Below are positions 52,159 through 64,000 of a stretch of 64,000 nucleotides of DNA, piece after piece. The notes below the pieces were generated by a model. That model saw only the letters and a list, made by a program, of their open reading frames with translations. It had not been told where the DNA came from and searched no databases. Each line of letters opens with the position of its first letter. Position 1 is the stretch's first letter. Position numbers and translations under genes: made by a program. This DNA is from an uncultured delta proteobacterium (lineage in GTDB: Bacteria > Myxococcota_A > Polyangia > Polyangiales > Polyangiaceae): assembly GCA_963806225.1 (NCBI GenBank), contig CAWDXG010000004.1, forward strand, positions 2,816,001 to 2,880,000, given 5' to 3'.

Positions 52159-54381
52159 ATGGGCCGGATGACCGCTTTTCTTCGTGCTCGCCCGCTCGGC
52201 CTGTCCGCGGCCTTCGCAGTCGCGCTGGCAAGCGTGGCCTGCGCCCAGAGCACCGGCATCGGACCGGGGGGAAGCGGCGGGGGCGCAGGCGGCAGCGGCG
52301 CGGTTGGAGGGAGCGGCGGGGGCAGCGTCGACGCATCCCAGGACGTCTCCAACGCGGGAGCGTCGGGGGCGGCGACCGACGCGGGGCCGACCGACTCGGG
52401 CGGTGACGCGAACCCCTGCAGCGGCGTCGTCTGCAACTCGCCGCCCGTGTCGAAGTGCTCGGGCAGCAGCCTCGAGGTGTACGAAGCCGTCGGCACCTGT
52501 GGTGCGAACGGCCAGTGCACGTACAAGAGCTCGACGACGGCTTGCCCGAACGGCTGCTCGAACGGCGCCTGCACGGGCGACCCGTGCATCGGGGTGAGCT
52601 GCAACTCGGCGCCGCCGAACACCTGCACCGATGCGTCGCATCTGACGACGCACCAGTCGCCGGGCACCTGCGACAGCACGGGCCAGTGCAGCTACAGCTC
52701 GGTGCAGGCGTACTGCCCGTTCGGCTGCCAGAACGACGTATGCCAGGGCGACCCGTGCGCGGGCGTCACCTGCAACTCGCCGCCGGCGAGCTACTGCAAG
52801 GACGCAAGCTACCTGACGGTGTACGACACGCCGGGCACCTGCACGAGCAGCGGCGCCTGCTCGTATCCGAACACGCACGACGTGTACTGCTCGTTCGGCT
52901 GCGCCGGGACGCAGTGCACGAACGACCCGTGCGCGGGCAAGGTGTGCAGCACGCCGCCAGCCGCCAACTGCAAGGACGCGAACACGGCGCGCACGTACTC
53001 GAGCTCCGGCACCTGCTCGAACGGACTGTGCAGCTACCCTGAAACGGATACCCCTTGCCCGTACGGCTGCGTCAACGGCGTGTGTCGGGACTGCCAGGTC
53101 AACGGTGACTGCCCTGCCGGCAACTACTGCCAGAGCGGGACGTGCATGGCGTGCGGCACGAGCCAGCACTGCGGGACCGCCTGCACCGACTGCACCCAGT
53201 CCGGACAGGTCTGCAGCGGCGGGCAGTGCGTCGAGTGCACGGGCAGCGGCATGTGCAGCTCGGGCAAGTACTGCGAGAACAACACGTGCGTGGCCTGCAA
53301 CACCGACGCGCACTGCGGCTCGAGTTGCACGGCGTGCAGCTCCGGTACCAGCTGCAATGGGTCGAGCTGCGTGGCCTGCAACACCGACCAGAAGTGCGGA
53401 CCGAGCTGCACGGCGTGCGGCGGGTCGACGCCGCACTGCAAGGACCAGGGCGCCTCGTCGGTGTGCGTCGAGTGCCTATCCAACGGCGATTGCAGCGGCG
53501 GCGAGACCTGCGACACGGCCAGCGGCACCTGCAAGCCGCCCTGCCCGTCGACGCTGACGAGCGTGTTCTCCGATGATTTTTCCGCGCCGTCTTCGAGCTC
53601 GTGGACGACGGGCAGCGCCGCGCCGATCTCGAGCAGCCAGTGGCACGCCTACACCAAGAACAACCACGGCGTGCGCATCTACAACGGCCGGCTCGAGATT
53701 TCGAACGACGCCGGGTCGTCCGCGGAGCACGGGCAGGGCTACGCCTACGTCCCGACCGGCGGCAGCGGCTCGGTCTACGACAACTCGCTGTATAATCCGG
53801 TTCTGAAGCAGAACGCGGGCGAGTCGGTCGTGTGGACCTTCAACATGCGCCGCGACAACGCCGACTCGACCAACGGCGGCTTCAGCTGCACGAGCACCGG
53901 CAGCCAGAACTACAGGACGATCGGGCTCGCATATGTGCTGGCGACCGACTCGGCGAACGGCCTGGACTCCAGCGCCGGCACCTGCAGCAGCTCGGCCTCC
54001 GGCAAGGGCTACGCGGTGGTGTTGGGCGGAAGCACGAGCCTGCGCCTGGTGCGCTTCTCGGGCGGGCTGCGCAACGGAGCGATTTCTGATCTGGTCACCT
54101 CCAGCGGTTTCAGCGTCTCGAACTACTTCAGCGTGCGCGTCACGTACAACGCCACGAACGACCAGTGGACGTTGGAGGCGCGCAGCGACGGCGGCAGCAG
54201 CTTCTCGAACCCGTCGAGCGGCTCGTATTCGTTTACGGGCTCGGCCACCGACGCCACCTACGTGAACGACGCGCTCGACTACGCGGGGCCGTACTTCCAG
54301 ACGGGCTGTTGCTGCCTGTGCTCGAGCACCTACACCGCGCGCTTCGACAACGTCGGGGTGGGCGTGCGTTGTGCGCCGTAG
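52159..54381 (+). CDS. Large Cys-rich repeat lipoprotein with a C-terminal beta-rich domain
   Basis: ASVAC lipobox; four (N/D)PCxGxxCxxxP repeats; CNTDxxCG repeats. Confidence 0.85.
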   Translation: MGRMTAFLRARPLGLSAAFAVALASVACAQSTGIGPGGSGGGAGGSGAVGGSGGGSVDASQDVSNAGASGAATDAGPTDSGGDANPCSGVVCNSPPVSKCSGSSLEVYEAVGTCGANGQCTYKSSTTACPNGCSNGACTGDPCIGVSCNSAPPNTCTDASHLTTHQSPGTCDSTGQCSYSSVQAYCPFGCQNDVCQGDPCAGVTCNSPPASYCKDASYLTVYDTPGTCTSSGACSYPNTHDVYCSFGCAGTQCTNDPCAGKVCSTPPAANCKDANTARTYSSSGTCSNGLCSYPETDTPCPYGCVNGVCRDCQVNGDCPAGNYCQSGTCMACGTSQHCGTACTDCTQSGQVCSGGQCVECTGSGMCSSGKYCENNTCVACNTDAHCGSSCTACSSGTSCNGSSCVACNTDQKCGPSCTACGGSTPHCKDQGASSVCVECLSNGDCSGGETCDTASGTCKPPCPSTLTSVFSDDFSAPSSSSWTTGSAAPISSSQWHAYTKNNHGVRIYNGRLEISNDAGSSAEHGQGYAYVPTGGSGSVYDNSLYNPVLKQNAGESVVWTFNMRRDNADSTNGGFSCTSTGSQNYRTIGLAYVLATDSANGLDSSAGTCSSSASGKGYAVVLGGSTSLRLVRFSGGLRNGAISDLVTSSGFSVSNYFSVRVTYNATNDQWTLEARSDGGSSFSNPSSGSYSFTGSATDATYVNDALDYAGPYFQTGCCCLCSSTYTARFDNVGVGVRCAP

Positions 54382-54536
54382 CGGCTCCCCGCGGGACGGG
54401 GCGCCGTTGTGGTGTAGGATCGCTGCGTGAAAAATCAACTAGCCTAGCACCAGCCCCGCGTCGCCCGCGGGTGGCGCGCTGTGACATGTGCTGGGTGCCG
54501 AACCTACGCAAGGCGGACGGCGACCACCGCGCACCG

Positions 54537-55382
54537 TCATTGCCGTCGCCGCAGATACGTCGCCGGGATCCGGTCCAGAGCGATCTCCACGACCGAACCG
54601 GCGAGAGCATAGGGGCCCTCGGCGCACAGCTCGAGCAGAATGCCGTCGGTCGTCTTGCGGCCCGGGACCGGCTTGACGATGAAGCCACGTGCGGTCAGCC
54701 GGGACCCGCTGGTGTCCACCCCGCCGGAGTCCAGCGAATCGCCGAGAACCTCCACGGCGCGATCGGAGTCGTCGATGAGCGCCTGCACCCGCGCCGTCAG
54801 CCGCGATGCGTCGGGAAGAACGTCTGCCAGGGTCAGCTGTCGCCCGGTCTTGCGGTTGAAGGTTCTGCAGGACAGGCTGTTGTTCGCGTGCGCCGCACCG
54901 CCGGTGAAACTCGACTCGGCGACATACACCGACACGAACCGATCGGTGGCCGAGGCGAGCCAGAGCCTGCGTTCGAGCCACGAACCCTGGGGTGCCAGTA
55001 TCTCGCGATCGTCCGCTGTGAGCGCTGCGGAAACGAGCGCCAGACCTGCACCCGGCTCGCGGAGCCCGTCCACGCAGGCGTTGCCACTGCATCGGGTGCT
55101 CAGTTCGAAGCCGGGCGCGAGCCGACGGGAGCCGTCGTTCTTCTTCGAGCGCCGAGCCAGCAGAGCTGTGCTGGGGGAAGCGTGCCGCCGCGGCGCGCTG
55201 TTGCGCTGGAGATCGCTGATCCAGAGCCTGCGCGCCAGCGGCGTGGACACCGGACCGGCGCTGGTCGAGGCGCTTGCCTGAGCGGTGCCCGGGTGCGTTC
55301 CGGTTTTACGTCGATTCCACTGCGAGGCGCAGCCCGCCAGCAGAACAGCCACGTTCAACCCAACGACGGGTCCAGCCCTCAT
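54537..55382 (-). CDS. Lipoprotein with DUF4163/PdaC(RsiV)-like region
   Basis: LAGC lipobox; FTGGAAHAN...FNRKTGRQLTLADVL. Confidence 0.6.
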   Translation of the reverse strand: MRAGPVVGLNVAVLLAGCASQWNRRKTGTHPGTAQASASTSAGPVSTPLARRLWISDLQRNSAPRRHASPSTALLARRSKKNDGSRRLAPGFELSTRCSGNACVDGLREPGAGLALVSAALTADDREILAPQGSWLERRLWLASATDRFVSVYVAESSFTGGAAHANNSLSCRTFNRKTGRQLTLADVLPDASRLTARVQALIDDSDRAVEVLGDSLDSGGVDTSGSRLTARGFIVKPVPGRKTTDGILLELCAEGPYALAGSVVEIALDRIPATYLRRRQ

Positions 55383-55425
55383 CGAGTCAGGTGCTACCCG
55401 AAGCGTATCGCCTGCGCAACGATCA

Positions 55426-56406
55426 CTACGTCTGCGAAGTGCCCTGGCGTTTTGCGTCGCCGGGCAGGCAGAGCTTCCACAGCGGCAGAATGCGCGGCGG
55501 CGGCGGCGTGCCGGCGAGGGTGCGCTGGAGCTCCTGCCAGCGCTGCACGTCGAAGGACCCGGTCTTCAGTCGCGCGATCCAGTCCGCTAGACGGACCGCC
55601 GCGGCCCGCTCGTCCAGCGCGCCGTCGGCGGCGGCGGGGCCAGGTTCCACGGCGAAACGATAGCCGCTGACGACCGCGGCGGAGTCGTAGCCCCAGCGGT
55701 GGAGTGCCGTCGCCGCCAGGCTGGCCCGGAACGTGACCTCCTCGGGGAGTCGCGATTCGGCCGCGGTAGCGACCGGATCAAGCGCCGCGGGCAGCTCCGG
55801 GAAGTGCAGATCGGCGAAGAGCGCCTCGACGGCATCAGCCAGCTCCGGAGTGTTCGCCGCATGCCAGAAGTTGAACACCAGCGAGCGCCGGCGGCGGCTC
55901 ACCCGCTGGACGCCGTGATACGACCCTTCATGCAGCACGAAGCCGAAGGCCGCGTCGTACACGGGCTCGACCTCCGCGACCGGCGGGCCTTCCGGCGAGT
56001 CGTAGAGCTGGAGCAGTCCTCCGTGTTCGCGGCGCCAAGCGTGGTTCAGCTGCAGGACCAGTCGCGCTGCCTCGTAGCCGATGAGCGGCCAATCGCTGTG
56101 CACGCCCACCACCTGCCCGGGCTCCATGCGCTGGGCGCTGACCACGACCTGGTCGGTCAGCGGTAGCCCGGTGATCGCGCGCATGCGAACGGCCGCGGCG
56201 CGCAGCAGCTCCGGGGGCAGCTCCACCGTCACGTCGCGCAGGAAGCAGCTGTAGAACGAATCGTCACGCGCCTGCCAGTCTGCCTCGGCGGCAGACAACT
56301 CCTCGAACCCCGCGCACGCCTCCGCCCCAAACGCGCGCTCGCAACGGAAGAACGGAAACGGCTCGTTCTGCTGGCAGGGGTCGGGAAGCATCGGTACCGA
56401 CGGCAT
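55426..56406 (-). CDS. 2OG-Fe(II) oxygenase
   Basis: HSD...LN..W....GGLL.L...YHGV....RRSL facial triad and Arg. Confidence 0.85.
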   Translation of the reverse strand: MPSVPMLPDPCQQNEPFPFFRCERAFGAEACAGFEELSAAEADWQARDDSFYSCFLRDVTVELPPELLRAAAVRMRAITGLPLTDQVVVSAQRMEPGQVVGVHSDWPLIGYEAARLVLQLNHAWRREHGGLLQLYDSPEGPPVAEVEPVYDAAFGFVLHEGSYHGVQRVSRRRRSLVFNFWHAANTPELADAVEALFADLHFPELPAALDPVATAAESRLPEEVTFRASLAATALHRWGYDSAAVVSGYRFAVEPGPAAADGALDERAAAVRLADWIARLKTGSFDVQRWQELQRTLAGTPPPPRILPLWKLCLPGDAKRQGTSQT

Positions 56407-57089
56407 AGCTCATAGTCTCGCGCTGCGCGGGCGGAGCTCGCTTGCTGACAGGCTTGGCTGCTCGCGGACGGGATGGATTCGCTCGTGAGGCTCGGATACT
56501 TGACGGCCGGGATATCCGCGGCGCTTCTGCTGGCGAGCAGCGCGGGCGCGACCCCGTCGGCGCGAGCATCGTCCGGGAGGAGGTCGTCGGGGCCAACGTC
56601 CATGGCGCGAGTTGCTACGCCGCAGCTCCCCAGCACGAGCGCTGAAGCACAACAGAGAGCGCCGCGCACAGGACCCGCGGCACCACCCGTGCGGCTCGAT
56701 CCGATTCCCCGGAGCAGGCTTTCGCGACATCGAGCCGCGCGACAGCGAGACGAATGGGCTCCGTTCCGAATGGCGCGTCCGGGACCGGAACTTCGCCCCG
56801 CCATCGAAGCCGCATGATCGCGGTCACATGGCCTTCCGCCGGCGCTTCAATCCGCCGTTGAGCTCCTGGTGTTTCTGGTCGACGCCGTTTGGCGACGGGG
56901 TAACGTTGCTGCCGGGCTCTGGGCGCCCGTCTGCGTCGGGCACGGTGTTTGCGTCTCCAACGTGGTCGGCTCGGTACGACGTTCCTATGGGTAGGCAGAC
57001 TGCGCAACGCCGTGGCGCACGAGTGGATCGCGCTCGCGCCCCATGGTCGGTGGAGGGTATCGCGATGACCAGGAGCTGGGTCCGGCGGA

Positions 57090-58133
57090 GCGGATGACCT
57101 GGTACTCAACCAGTTCCCCTACCCGGGCAAGACGATCACGGTGCAGGTCGACTTGCCACCGGCCACGGCCGACCGCGCCGGGGCCTACGCCGTGGGCCAG
57201 GTGCTGCTCAACGGAAAGGACGTGGGTACGGGCTTCCTTTCGCCGAGCCAGCTCCAGCCGACGAACCTGCTCGAGATCGCGCTGGTCGACACGCCGGAGG
57301 CCGCGGACACCCTCACGCTGGTCACCGACCCGGCGGAGTACAAAAACCTGTTCGGGCCACTCACGCCCGCCGTGACCGGCATCAGCCCAGTGGGCGGAAA
57401 GCTCCAGGTCTCCTTCCACGGCGGCGGCGAGTCCGCTTCCGGGATCACATTCAACATCTACCGGGACGGCGTGCGCGTAGCCAGCAACGTGCCCGGCAAC
57501 TTGACTTCGTGGACCGATCCCAACGCGACGACTGCTTCGCCGAGCTACTGCTACACGGTGGAAACGGCCTTCGTGCTCTCGGGTACGGTGAGCCAGCACT
57601 CCAAACCCTACTGCTGGTGGGGCACGGGCGACGTTTGCATCCAGAGCTTCACCGCGGGGACGTTCGATACCGTGGGCGGCGATCTCGCGACCACCCATGG
57701 CCGCGTCCACTTCGAGAACTGGGGGCAGCCTGGCGACACGGTCACGATCCACAACGTGACGCCGGCATTCACGGGCCCGTACCTCGTGCAGGCGGTGTAC
57801 GCCAACGGTTCGGGTTCGATAGACGCGGGCATCACCTGCGGTGCCAAGCGCGTGGTGGTGCAGGACGAGGCAAACGACGCCGTGGTGGGCGATGGCGTGC
57901 TGGTGATGCCGCAGGCCGGCATGTGGGACCAATGGCGCGACTCCACCTTCGTACGTGCGGCTCTCGCGACGGGTCACACCTACAGGATCTCGCTGTCACA
58001 CGACACCACCACGCAGAACATGTCCGACTTCCAGTTCAACACCCAGTACTCCGGCATAGGGGGTACGGGCGGCGCGTACCACAACGTGGACATCGCGGAG
58101 ATCAAGCTTCTGTCACTTACCGGCAACCCGTGA
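57090..58133 (+). pseudogene. 5'-truncated secreted carbohydrate-active protein (Fn3-like plus CBM-like C-terminus)
   Basis: FNIYRDG...WTD...YCYTV (Fn3-like) and YANGSG...W..W..S (CBM-like). In-frame stop at 57066; no RBS or signal peptide attached. Confidence 0.55.
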
Positions 58134-58371
58134 GGCGACGACGCGCACGCGCTCGAAGAGGCAGAGCAGCACGCCGTACTGCGACAGGCCGCGGCTCGCC
58201 TACGACGCCGAGCTACTCGGCGTCGTCAGCATAGGGAATATTGGCAGTGGCGGGTTCGCGGGCGCATCGGGCGCGCTGGTGCGGCAGGTTCGCCCTTGCC
58301 CCGCGCGTGACGCTGCAACCCTTCCACCGGCTCACGACTGGCTGACGCGCGCGTAGGCCGTGCGCCGTCCT

Positions 58372-58518
58372 CTAGACAGTATCGAGCTCTAGCGCGAGCC
58401 AGGCGTCGGCAGCCCGCGCGCTCTCCTCTGCTCGAGCGAGGGCGTCGACGAGAGCCCGCGGGGACGAACCCTTCACCACGCCGCGATCGTCCTCGACAAG
58501 CAACAAGTTCCGCATTTC
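58372..58518 (-). pseudogene. Response-regulator N-terminal remnant
   Basis: MRNLLLVEDD, after which similarity breaks off. Confidence 0.4.
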
Positions 58519-58873
58519 CAACGCACGCCTGACTCTCCCTGACCCGCATCCATATTCTTGCCCGAAACGGGAACTGCGACAAACAGCTTTCTGCACGTAC
58601 CCACGCGTTGTTACGTTAGGTTACCTGCGCTTCCTTGCATGTGGCGCAACGCCAACGACGGCGCACTGCGGGATCGAGCCGCTCGCCCGGCGGGCGCCAG
58701 AAACTCCCGGATGGCCAGGAACACCGCGACCAGCATCACCCACCTCGAAGCGCCCGGCCTGCGCTAGGGGCAATGTGGCAGCGCCGCCTTCGCGGCCGCG
58801 TTCTTGCGTTCGATCGAAACGTAACGGCGAAGCGCTTGGTGGGGGCGGTCGGCTTTGTGCTACGTGCGCAGGG

Positions 58874-60421
<1,548 letters not shown>

Positions 60422-60476
60422 AGGGGGCAGTTCCTGCTCGATCGCGCTTCCTCCAGCGCGATCCTGGTCGTCGGCC

Positions 60477-63400
60477 TCACGGCAGAGCCAGCTTGCCGTC
60501 CTTGTACACGACCTCGATCGGTTTGCCGGTTGCGGGTACGTCAACGTCGAGAGACGCGAGCGCCGGCGCCACCATCGGCGAGCCCGAGCCGACGAGAGCG
60601 CGCAGCCGGACGCGCGTGGGACGACTGGGCGGCAAATCCTCCGGCCGCTTCAAGCGGATCCGCACCTCGTCGACGCCTTCGGGGTTGAACGGGAGCGCGT
60701 ACGCGCCGATGGCCGGCGCCTTGATGTCGGCGGGCTTCTCCTCGCGCGCCTTGCCCTCGCCGCGCAGCACCGTCGCGGTGATGGGCACGGTGGCCGCGGG
60801 CGCGAGCACGAGCAGCGAAACGCCCCGGGTGGGCCGCGCGATCTCCAGCGACGCGGCGACCAGCTTGGCCTCGTCGTCCTTGCTGGTGCCCTTGGCGGTG
60901 CGCGCGTTGGCCAGCACCATCGACGCCAGGCGGCCGGCCAGGTCGGCGAGCTTCGCGTTGCCGTCTCGACCGCCGGTCTGGGCCACGCGCGCGAGCATGC
61001 GGCGCGCGATGTCCACACGCCCGGCGCCGGCATTCGCCAGCGCGAGGCGGATCGACACGCCCGCGTCGTCGGGCATGATCTGGTCGAGCGCGGCGTAGGC
61101 GGCGCTGGCGTCGTCGAACCAGCCTTCGTTGCGGAGGCGATCCCCCAGGAACGCGCGCGCCCACGGGTCGTTTGGCGCGCGCTCGGCGAGCTCGCCGAAG
61201 GTGCGCCGCGCTTCAGCTTCCTGCCCGATGCGACGCAAGGCCGACGCCGCGTCGGCGAGCAGCGCGGCGTTGGCGAAGGGGTCGACGCGGATGCGCCGGA
61301 TCTCGTCGGCGAGCTGCTGCTTGTCGCCAAGCGCCTCGAGCAGCACGAGCATGCGGCGACGCAACCCGGGATCATGCGGCGCGACGGCGAGGAACTTGCG
61401 CACGACGGCGAGCCGTGCGGCGTCGTCGTGCGCCGCCTTCTCGCGCTTCCGGAACGTCTTGACCGGATAGCGTTCGTCGCCAAGCAGCGCCATGCGCACC
61501 GCGCCGAGGTCCTCCGGCGAAGCGGCGCGCCGCACGGCCTCGCGCCGCAGGAATGCGGCGGCGTCCGCTTGGCCGTTGTCGTCGAGCGTGCGCGCCAGCT
61601 CGACGATGCGCACGCCGTTCGACTGGATGCCGAGGATCAGCTCCAGCAGCATGCGCTTCGCCGACCAGCTGCCAAGCTCGCAAGCCCGGCGCGCCGCCCG
61701 GAACACGTCCGCGGGTTTGCCCTCGATCAGACGCTCGCGCCAGACCCCGCGCCTGAGCGGCAGCGGCAGCCTCGACGTGGCAGAGCACTTGACCTTGCGA
61801 ATACCGGAGCGCGGCGGCGGCAGCACGATCACCTGCTCGACCTTCACGGTCACGCCGCCGTCGGGGTAGCGGAGCCCCTGGACCACGACCTGGATGCAGC
61901 GATCGAGCGCAGCGTCGTCGGATTCCGGCGTCTCGCCGCGCACGCTGACGTTGTCGGCGTGTCCGTCGCCGTCGACCTGGAACCTGACGCGGAGCTTGCC
62001 GGACAGATCCGGACGCAGCGCCGCGCGCGAATCGCGGCACGCACGCACGCTGTCGCCCGCGCGCTGGAGCACGCGCGCGGCGGCGTTGCCCAGCGCATCG
62101 CCGAGGCTGATCGCGTCGCTGTCGCCCGCAGGGATCGCCACCGATGCGTTGGATAGCGCGCTCGGCTGCCAGCCCGGCGAGGTAAACGCCGCCAGACTGG
62201 AACCGCCGGAGAGATCCAGCAGCCGCGTGGCCAGCTTGGTCGGAACGTAGGACTCTGTAGCGCTGCCGAGCGCGGTCCAGGGCGAGATCAAGCCGGCGCT
62301 GAGCGCGACGTCGGCCGCCGCCTCGCGCCCCTTGCCGGTAAGCATGACGTTGTCGATGCGCGCGGCGGCCCAGCGCCGGCGCACGTCGCCCGCATCCGGC
62401 GCCTTGCGGAGCGACAGCAGGCGCCGATCCTGGTGCATGCCCTTGGCGTCGCGCCAGTGCAGCACGACTGCGTTGGGCGCCGCACGGCGTACGCGCGCAA
62501 CCACGCTCACCGTGTCGCCGGCAACGACCGCGCGCGCGTGTCGCGGATAGATCTGCTCTGCCTCCGGACCGACCTCGAGCTGGACGTCGGAATAGGTGGG
62601 TTGCAGCGCGTTCGACACGAGCCGTGATGCGGCGCTGCCCGCGTCGCTCGAGTCCGCCATCTCCAGGAGCGGTCCCGAGCCGCGGACCAGGGCCGCAAGC
62701 GCGAGACGGTTTGCCATCGGCCCGACGGCGACGGCGCCAAGCCGCGGCACGCCGCCGGCACGCCGGGCGAGACGTGCCTGGATGGCATCCACCGTGGGAT
62801 CGCCCATGGTGGGCCAGCCATCGCCGACGTACACGACAATGCCGCCCGGCGCGTCCGCCGGCAGCTCGTCCGCGCCTGCCTCCAGGGCGCGTCCGAGATC
62901 GCTCGCGCCGCCCGGCGAGAGCTTGGAAAGCGCCGTCTCGATCGCCTGCTTGCGCTTGGCATCCGCCGCGCCGATCTTGTCGGGGCCGACGGGACGCGCG
63001 GTCTGGTCGACGGCGAGCACCATCACGCGATCACGTGGGCCGAGCGCGTCGAGCACGGCGGTGACGAAGCTACGGGCGACTGCGAGCAGCGCCGGCTCTG
63101 CGCTGCCGCTGGTGTCCACGACGAGCACCAGTGTCGCGCCCGCGTCGGGCTTTGCAGGCGGCACCTCCGTCCGCACCAGCACCGTCTTCAGCTCCTCGTT
63201 CTTGCCGGGATCGGCTACGTACACGCGCGCCAAGCTCTCGAACGCCGGCAGATGGACGTCCACCACCAGATCCGCCGTGGGCCGGAAGTCGGGCTTGCGT
63301 ACGGTCACGACGCTGCCGTCGACATGCGCGCCGAAGCCGGCCGCGATGGCCGTGGCCCGCGCCGGACCGGCATCCACCTTCGCCGAGAACTCGCCGATCA

Positions 63401-64000
63401 ACGGTGGCGCGGCGGCGGCAGCAAGCGGATAGCGATACTGCACGACGAGGTCACCGGACTTCGTGTGCTTCGGGTGCAGCCACTCGACGTAGTCGATCTC
63501 CACCGTGATAGCGCTGCCGCTCGAGATCGAGCCGAGGTTGCCGCGCAGCCAGCCGTCGCCGGCCCACTCCAGCATGATGCGGCTCGGGCGCGTCTCGCTC
63601 CTCTGGCGGTCCGCCAGCGCGATCCTGCCGTCCGTGAGCTCGCCGCCCTGGCCCCAGCGGAAGCGCGACACGATGGCGCCCGGCGGGATCGCCATGCGGA
63701 AATCCCCGACGACGGCGTTGCTGCCGCCGTTGAAGTACACCGTGCGGACGCGGGTCTCGGCGGCCTCGCCGGTGATGGTGGCCGAGAACGTCGTGCGAGC
63801 GGATCGTGAGCGGCGAGCCGGCATCGCCGAGCGCGGCATCCTGGCTGCGGCCCCACAGCTCACCCACCGCGCGCCGCGGCGGCCCATTGGCGCCCCACGG
63901 CTGAGCGAGCCCGCCGGTCCAGTCGTCGAAGGTCTTCGCCGGCACGATGGCGACCTCGGTGCCGTCGATGTTCGCCTGCTCGCCGGCGCGCGCCTTTTCG
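60477..64000 (-). CDS. Large VIT + vWA + AgmX/PglI(TonB-C)-like + TPR protein; 5' partial, frameshift near 63790
   Basis: VIT-like AETRVRTVYFN; MIDAS DTSGS and GDG; LSGKLRVRFQVDGDG...DRC; TPR-like helices. Confidence 0.8.
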   Translation of the reverse strand, partial: KRRAPASRRTSTAPRSPSCRRRPSTTGPAGSLSRGAPMGRRGARWVSCGAAARMPRSAMPARRSRSARTTFSATITGEAAETRVRTVYFNGGSNAVVGDFRMAIPPGAIVSRFRWGQGGELTDGRIALADRQRSETRPSRIMLEWAGDGWLRGNLGSISSGSAITVEIDYVEWLHPKHTKSGDLVVQYRYPLAAAAAPPLIGEFSAKVDAGPARATAIAAGFGAHVDGSVVTVRKPDFRPTADLVVDVHLPAFESLARVYVADPGKNEELKTVLVRTEVPPAKPDAGATLVLVVDTSGSAEPALLAVARSFVTAVLDALGPRDRVMVLAVDQTARPVGPDKIGAADAKRKQAIETALSKLSPGGASDLGRALEAGADELPADAPGGIVVYVGDGWPTMGDPTVDAIQARLARRAGGVPRLGAVAVGPMANRLALAALVRGSGPLLEMADSSDAGSAASRLVSNALQPTYSDVQLEVGPEAEQIYPRHARAVVAGDTVSVVARVRRAAPNAVVLHWRDAKGMHQDRRLLSLRKAPDAGDVRRRWAAARIDNVMLTGKGREAAADVALSAGLISPWTALGSATESYVPTKLATRLLDLSGGSSLAAFTSPGWQPSALSNASVAIPAGDSDAISLGDALGNAAARVLQRAGDSVRACRDSRAALRPDLSGKLRVRFQVDGDGHADNVSVRGETPESDDAALDRCIQVVVQGLRYPDGGVTVKVEQVIVLPPPRSGIRKVKCSATSRLPLPLRRGVWRERLIEGKPADVFRAARRACELGSWSAKRMLLELILGIQSNGVRIVELARTLDDNGQADAAAFLRREAVRRAASPEDLGAVRMALLGDERYPVKTFRKREKAAHDDAARLAVVRKFLAVAPHDPGLRRRMLVLLEALGDKQQLADEIRRIRVDPFANAALLADAASALRRIGQEAEARRTFGELAERAPNDPWARAFLGDRLRNEGWFDDASAAYAALDQIMPDDAGVSIRLALANAGAGRVDIARRMLARVAQTGGRDGNAKLADLAGRLASMVLANARTAKGTSKDDEAKLVAASLEIARPTRGVSLLVLAPAATVPITATVLRGEGKAREEKPADIKAPAIGAYALPFNPEGVDEVRIRLKRPEDLPPSRPTRVRLRALVGSGSPMVAPALASLDVDVPATGKPIEVVYKDGKLALP

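Noticed and set aside
56410..56610. RiPP precursor upstream of the 2OG oxygenase
   Set aside because: No short ORF with a convincing RBS, stop codon and aromatic-X-X core, and no radical SAM gene.

Overview
GC-rich bacterial DNA, most likely Myxococcota (Polyangiaceae-like). This is inferred from the Hanks-type Ser/Thr kinases, a PEGA protein, Cys-rich lipoproteins and MYXO-CTERM-like tails. The window is mostly accessory genes for signalling and the cell surface, with one clear housekeeping gene (cysS). Main points: (1) a kaiA-less kaiC-kaiB-PAS hybrid kinase operon whose KaiC appears to lack the CII catalytic Glu (AFYES) and one phosphosite (ISAL), followed on the same strand by a small Lys-rich ORF and a GT4/glycosidase cluster converging on a GH130 gene; (2) an IS630 element flanked by a 71/73-bp direct repeat that looks like filled and empty CTAG alleles merged in assembly; (3) a kinase-PEGA-lipoprotein operon with a chimeric tandem duplicate, bracketed by an intact and an internally deleted LuxR paralogue; (4) many internally deleted gene remnants; (5) an orphan 2OG-Fe(II) oxygenase resembling YhhC. 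Several isolated single-base frameshifts suggest long-read errors, so some long ORFs in the track are false fusions. I saw no tRNA, rRNA or CRISPR array. All family assignments come from motif recognition by eye, not database searches.
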